Below are positions 59,151-64,000 of a stretch of 64,000 nucleotides of DNA, piece by piece (position 1 is the first letter of the stretch; each line of letters opens with the position of its first letter). The DNA lies in assembly GCF_032191835.1 (NCBI RefSeq), contig NC_083229.1:38006001-38070000 (forward strand). The letters run 5' to 3'. The notes under the pieces are model-generated. The model did not search any database, was not told where the DNA came from, and saw only the letters and a program-made list of their open reading frames with translations. This DNA is from Heteronotia binoei (taxonomy: Eukaryota). The position numbers and the translations under genes were made by a program.

Positions 59151-60294
59151 TGGAATTGTTTCAAGTGAGCTGTTGTGTTTTGTCTGCAGTAGAAGTGCAA
59201 GATTCATATGCATTAACACCATAAAGATCCACAAGATTTCCAGTACATAAGTGTTCAAATATCAAAGCTCACTTAGTCAGATAACAGCTTGTTGGTGTCT
59301 AAGGTGCTACTGGACTCGAATCTTGCATTTCTTTGGATTAAGTCACATTGAGTATGATCCTGAATAGACTTATTTAGGATTGCTCTTTTTGATTTATATC
59401 CCTGCCCCTCAAACCTGTGGTCAGAACTGTTACTCCAATCATTTGTTCACCAGCCCATGTGCAGTGCTGTGGGATGCTGGATGTAACCTTTCCCCTACTG
59501 CCCCACCATGCCTTATTTTTTATGTGTGGGGCCCAATTTAGAAGGGTGACCTACACACAGAAGCCAGTTGGACTGCGGCATGTGCCTTTCATTAACGTGA
59601 CTAATCACTCTGGGGTGTTGTCATTGGTTTCCATTCCATTCCTGTATATACCTTGTAAATGACTGGTGGTCAAGCATTCAAAATGACAATACAATTTATA
59701 TTTAAAACATTGTTATTGGCATCTGTTTTACTGCATAAAAGGAGCCAGATGTTTTCAGTTTAGCTAATTGGAATGCCTATTGGAAAACGGGTCCTAGAGC
59801 TCCATTGCTTGGGGCTGAATTAAAAATAGATACAAGTGATTAATTAATGTTATCCTTGGTTAGTTTTCTGTGTAAATATTATAGAGCTGAAATTTTCTGG
59901 TGTCTGTTCAAATAGTTCCAGATTTTGGAATTTACGTGCTTCATTTGCATGTTCATATAAGCTAGCAAGGGTTCAGTGATTTGGAATTAGGAGCTCATTC
60001 CATGCACGTTTAAATTTGTACATGTTGCTAAAGCTGCAGTTATTTTTTCCAAAGTTAAGGAAAACATCTGTATTAAATGTATGTGAACCATGTATATATT
60101 AAGTTAAAAGGAGTGCTCTGTCAGCATATGTTACACTCAAGTATCATCTTAGTGGAGCATGGTATGTTAGGAATGGATCAGAACATTTTTCAAGTCTTAT
60201 TGGCAGAAATCATACAATTAGTCAACATTCAGTGTTTCAAGAAGTGGGGATATTGTTATTGTTGAAAAGGCTACCAATTGAGTACTGGATCAGT

Positions 60295-60870
60295 GGCTAC
60301 CAATTGAGTACCGGATCTGTTTCAAGGTTTTAGTTTTAAGTTTCAAAGCCTTACACGGCCTGGGACCGACATATCTTTGGGACCGCTTCTCCCCATATAT
60401 GCCTCTGAGAACACTGCAATCTGGCACTCAACATCTGCTGACCGTCCCTGGCCCAAAGGACGTCCGACTAGCCTCAACCAGGGCCAGGGCCTTTTCAGCC
60501 TTGGCCCCAGCCAGGTGGAATCAGCTCCCCTCAGAGATCTGGGCCCTTACTGAATTGTTACCTTTTTGTAGGGCCTGTAAGATGGAGCTATTCCATCAGG
60601 CATTTGGTTGAGGCAGCGGGCATCCTATCCCATCCATTGACCCTATGCTGCGGTACCACCTCTGCTGCAATACTGATTTTATACTATCTGATATTCAGTA
60701 TATTATGATGTGCTCAACTGAGCCTCCAGATTGTATTGTCTACTTTTTTTGGTTTTAATTGCTGTTTAACTGTTTTAAAATGTTATTAACCACCCTGAGC
60801 CCGTCTAGGAAAGGGCAGAATATAAATTATCTAAATAAAATAAAATAAATAATAAATTAAATAATAAATA
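60295..60870 (+). mobile_element. 5'-truncated L2 LINE, relatively young
   Basis: WLPIEYRICFKVLVLSFKALHGLGPTYL open frame, 3'UTR and (TAAA)n tail. Confidence 0.85.
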
Positions 60871-61264
60871 AAGTAGTTCTTCACTGTTGTGAGACTCTTT
60901 ATGTGAAGCTCATTGGGTAACCAGTCACTCCCTTTCAGCATAACCTACTTTCACAAGGCTGTTCTGAGGATGAATGGGAGGATCATTGCTTGGATCTGCT
61001 GGTGCACTTTGGTGGACAGATTGATTTCTGCCTGCAGAGTGTGACTTCTTTGTCACCCTATTTCCACTGCCTCCCAAAATGCTGCTTCTAGACATCCAGG
61101 GGGAGCATTTATCAGTGCCTTTTGACTGTGGTAGGAGGCAAGAAAATTGCTCTCCATGGTTGGAAATTCTTGTGCCCAGAAAAAAAACTCTGGTGGACCC
61201 AAGGTGACATAAGTCTCACCAAGCTCCTTGGTGGGTAAGTACAAAAACAGATCTGATAGAAATT

Positions 61265-61395
61265 TTATCTGAAGAAGTGTGCTTGCACACAAAATCTCAT
61301 ACCTTGAATAAAACTTTTGTTAGTCTTAAAGGTGCCACTGGACTCTAACTTTATTCTGTTGCTTCAGACCAACATGGCTACCTACCTGGATCTAA
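61265..61395 (+). mobile_element. Penelope-like remnant
   Basis: tat-CTGAAGA-A-gtgtgc-tt-gcacac-aaaa-tctc-ata and the full PLE terminus. Further short remnants at approx 13300, 24405, 27005, 45705, 59255 and 62050. Confidence 0.75.
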
Positions 61396-61404
61396 AAAAA
61401 AAAA

Positions 61405-61650
61405 AAAAAAGTAGTCCCCTGTGCAAGCACCAGTCATTTCCAACTCTGGGGTGACGTTGCATCATGATGTTTTCACGGCAGACTTTTTATGGGGTGGTTT
61501 GCCATTGCCTTCCCCAGTCATCTACATTTCCCCCCCCAGCAAACTGGGTACTCATTTTACCAACCTCAGAAGGATGGAAGGCTGAGTCAACCTTGAGCCA
61601 GCTACCTGAACTCAGGCCGTGAGGGAGCTTAGGACTGCAGTACTGCACAA
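61405..61650 (-). mobile_element. Sauria-type SINE
   Basis: Family similarity; head partly deleted. Confidence 0.82.
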
Positions 61651-61684
61651 GCAATGTAGGAGCTTAGAGGGCAAGTTGTTGAAC

Positions 61685-61900
61685 CCATGAATTCATGAAG
61701 CTGCCTTATACTAAATCAGACCATCAGTCCCTCAAAGTCAGTATTGTCTACTCTTACTGGCAGCTGCTTCCCAGAGTCTTCCCATAGTCTCTGGTAGAGG
61801 TCTTTCATATCACCTCCACTTTGATCCTTTTAACTGGAGATGCCAGGAATTGAACCTGGGACTTTCTGCCAGCCAAGCAGATCTCTACCACTGAGCCATG
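61685..61900 (-). mobile_element. tRNA-derived SINE with CR1-like tail
   Basis: B-box ggttcaattcc on -, followed by a CR1-3'-like body. Confidence 0.7.
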
Positions 61901-62260
61901 CCCTCTTGCCAAGTTCCTGCATTGAGGTATGTACTGAAGATTTAGCAAATTTAAAAAGAAAGCATTTACTTTTGGAAAATTAGAAAAAAATACAGCCTTA
62001 TGCTTTAGATGCAAAAGACATAATTAGGGACACCCCTCCCTGATCCTTTAACTCTCAGAAGCTTATTCCCCCAAAATCTTGTCTGTCTCTAAGGTGCTAC
62101 TGGACTAGAATCTAGCCCCCCCCATGGAAATTCTTACATCAGATTAATTGGAGAGAGAAAGTGAAATTCAGAATTATGAACCAATCCCTAAAACAGATTA
62201 ATATACTACAACAAAGTGCTGTAATAGTGGGTGATCTTACTCTTTCAAACTTTTTAATAG

Positions 62261-62482
62261 GCCTTTTCAGAGAGAATTAAATTTAATCCTGATTATGGAA
62301 TTTTTGAAGTTGTTAATGATGATCCTCAGAATTTGGAAGTTCAGCTGAAAAAGATGCTAGCAGAACAGAAACCTCGGAATCCCATTTACAGTGTTACAAG
62401 ACCAAAATCAGAAGCTCCAGTTTTTAAAGACACCAGCCCTCCACCTCCAGACTTAAATTTTGACCCAAGTTACATAGCGAAG
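62261..62482 (+). CDS. RGS22: RGS22 exon 4 (AFSERIKFNPDYGIFEVVND...PRNPIYSV...YIAK)
   Basis: 222-nt AG/GT exon; matches recalled human TFSEAIRFNADYGVFEVAND...PRNPIYDV. Confidence 0.95.
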
Positions 62483-62514
62483 GTAAGAGTACATTTTCTA
62501 AATATGTTGATGTA

Positions 62515-62765
62515 AAAAGGTAAAGGTAGTCCCCTGTGCAAGCATCAGTCGTTTCCGACTCTGGGGTGACGTCGCATCACAATGTTTTTGCAACAGACTT
62601 TTTTATGGGGTGGTTTGCCTTCCCCAGTCATCTACTTTCCCCCCAGCAAGCTGAGTACTCATTTTACCAACTTCGGAAGGATGGAAGGCTGAGTGAACCT
62701 TGAACCAGCTACCTGAAGCCAGCTTCCACCGGGATCAAACTCAGGTCGTGTGCAGAGATGTTGCT
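62515..62765 (-). mobile_element. Sauria-type SINE
   Basis: Family similarity; begins about 30 nt after the RGS22 exon 4 donor. Confidence 0.82.
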
Positions 62766-63444
62766 GTAGTTATTCCATATTTAAGTAGCATTTTCATGTT
62801 GTGATGTATTTTATACCAGTAGTGTCAGAATTGGATCTAATATTAGGTTGACTTGCTGTGTTTATTTGATTAATTGGTTACAAACTTCTGGTGAAGGATA
62901 AAGATGGCTCCAGTTAACTGGAAAGCAGACTTGCGCGCGCACGCACACAACAGTGTCATAGAAGAGACATTGTCTTTCAGTCTCATATTGAAAAAAGAAT
63001 ATTTTCCAATCAGGATTATCATCTTATTCATTTTCTTACTGTTCCAGGAAACAAGAAGTGGTTTTGTCCCTAAGCTAAAACCAGTGGTGTTCAAATGTAT
63101 TTTCAAGGAGCTGTTTTCACAATGGCTCACATGAAGAACCTCCTGCCTATCTGCCATAGAAAGAACCCTAGAGTGTTACGGTGGATTTTGGGACAAGTTC
63201 TAGAGTATACCCTTGGTTCATGCAGGACACAGGTCAGGCCCACTGAACCTCACTGTCTGTTACCCATGTGAATTTATTGCATTATAAAAATTTTCAACTG
63301 TTTAGTTCCAAAAAGTATTAAAGAGATATACAGCAGAATTGTGGAAATTCACAGCACTAAGAAATACACATGGGATTTTTTTAAAAAAAGCATAAAACAC
63401 CACTATCATTGAAAAAGCAGAGTAAATAATTCTAAAGCAAAGAG

Positions 63445-63635
63445 GCGCCGTGGCTCAATGCCTTGAATGCAGAGGTCCCTGGTTCTATCCCTGGTATCTC
63501 CAGTTAAAAGAACCAGGCAGTAGAGCTATGTGAAAAACTTCAGCTTGAGAGCCAGGACAGCGGCTGCCAGTCTAAGTATACAATACCAATCTTGATGGAC
63601 CAGTCTGATACAATATAAGGCAACTTTATGTGTGT
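63445..63635 (+). mobile_element. tRNA-derived SINE with CR1-like tail
   Basis: gtggctcaa...ggtccctggttctatccc head; ggaccag...ataaggcaact tail. Confidence 0.65.
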
Positions 63636-63882
63636 TCAATATAGACAGTTGACAAAAGAGAAGATAGCACTGGAAGTGTGACCTAACATACTGCCGCAAA
63701 GCTTCATTTTGCTACATAGCAGATTGGAATGGGTTGGAATGAGAAACAGTAATGACTTCTTTGCCATTCAGTACTGATGCCTTGAAAAACTTCCATGAAG
63801 CCCTGTGGTTCTTGGAAACACAAATTGAAAACCTCTGGCTCATACTTATTTGGAGGGTTAATTTTAGATTTTCTTTTCATAG

Positions 63883-63968
63883 TGTCTGGATCGAGAGCAG
63901 GCCATTAAATGGATTAAGAAAGAAAGATTTCCAGCATTTCTAGAAAGTGATTGTTACTTTGAATACAG
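63883..63968 (+). CDS. RGS22: RGS22 exon 5 (CLDREQAIKWIKKERFPAFLESDCYFEYR)
   Basis: 86-nt AG/GT exon; matches recalled human CLSREEGIKWIKKERLPAFLESDCYFEYR. Confidence 0.96.
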
Positions 63969-64000
63969 GTAACTACAGAATGTAGGTCTTAAAATTGTAA

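Noticed and set aside
61840-61900. tRNA gene (also 63445-63495)
   Set aside because: No complete cloverleaf; continuous with a SINE body.

Overview
This is vertebrate (squamate reptile, probably gecko) genomic DNA; the organism call is inferred from Sauria-SINE-, Squam3- and Penelope-type repeats. It holds the conserved syntenic block SPAG1 (-; coding exons 2-5, continuing off the left end), POLR2K (-; complete CDS), FBXO43/Emi2 (+; 4 coding exons, 682 aa) and RGS22 (+; exons 1-5, continuing off the right end), in the same order as human 8q22.2. SPAG1 intron 2 holds a near-intact 5.96 kb DIRS1-type tyrosine-recombinase retrotransposon (4662-10623) with ITRs, ICR, gag, RT/RNaseH/methyltransferase and YR. 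It is inserted precisely, without a TSD, into a CR1 LINE. Top leads: (1) gag ends in CTT-TGA-C with the AUG-less pol frame in +1 and the 970-codon YR frame directly after the stop, suggesting one recoding switch for all three proteins; (2) minimal hammerhead-ribozyme motifs in Penelope remnants, with an intact core only beside the SPAG1 CpG island; (3) an unusually divergent POLR2K zinc-ribbon loop; (4) a 2.3 kb TSD-flanked non-autonomous L1-like element in FBXO43. Gene identities rest on recalled orthologue sequences, and repeat boundaries are approximate unless a TSD or TIR is stated.
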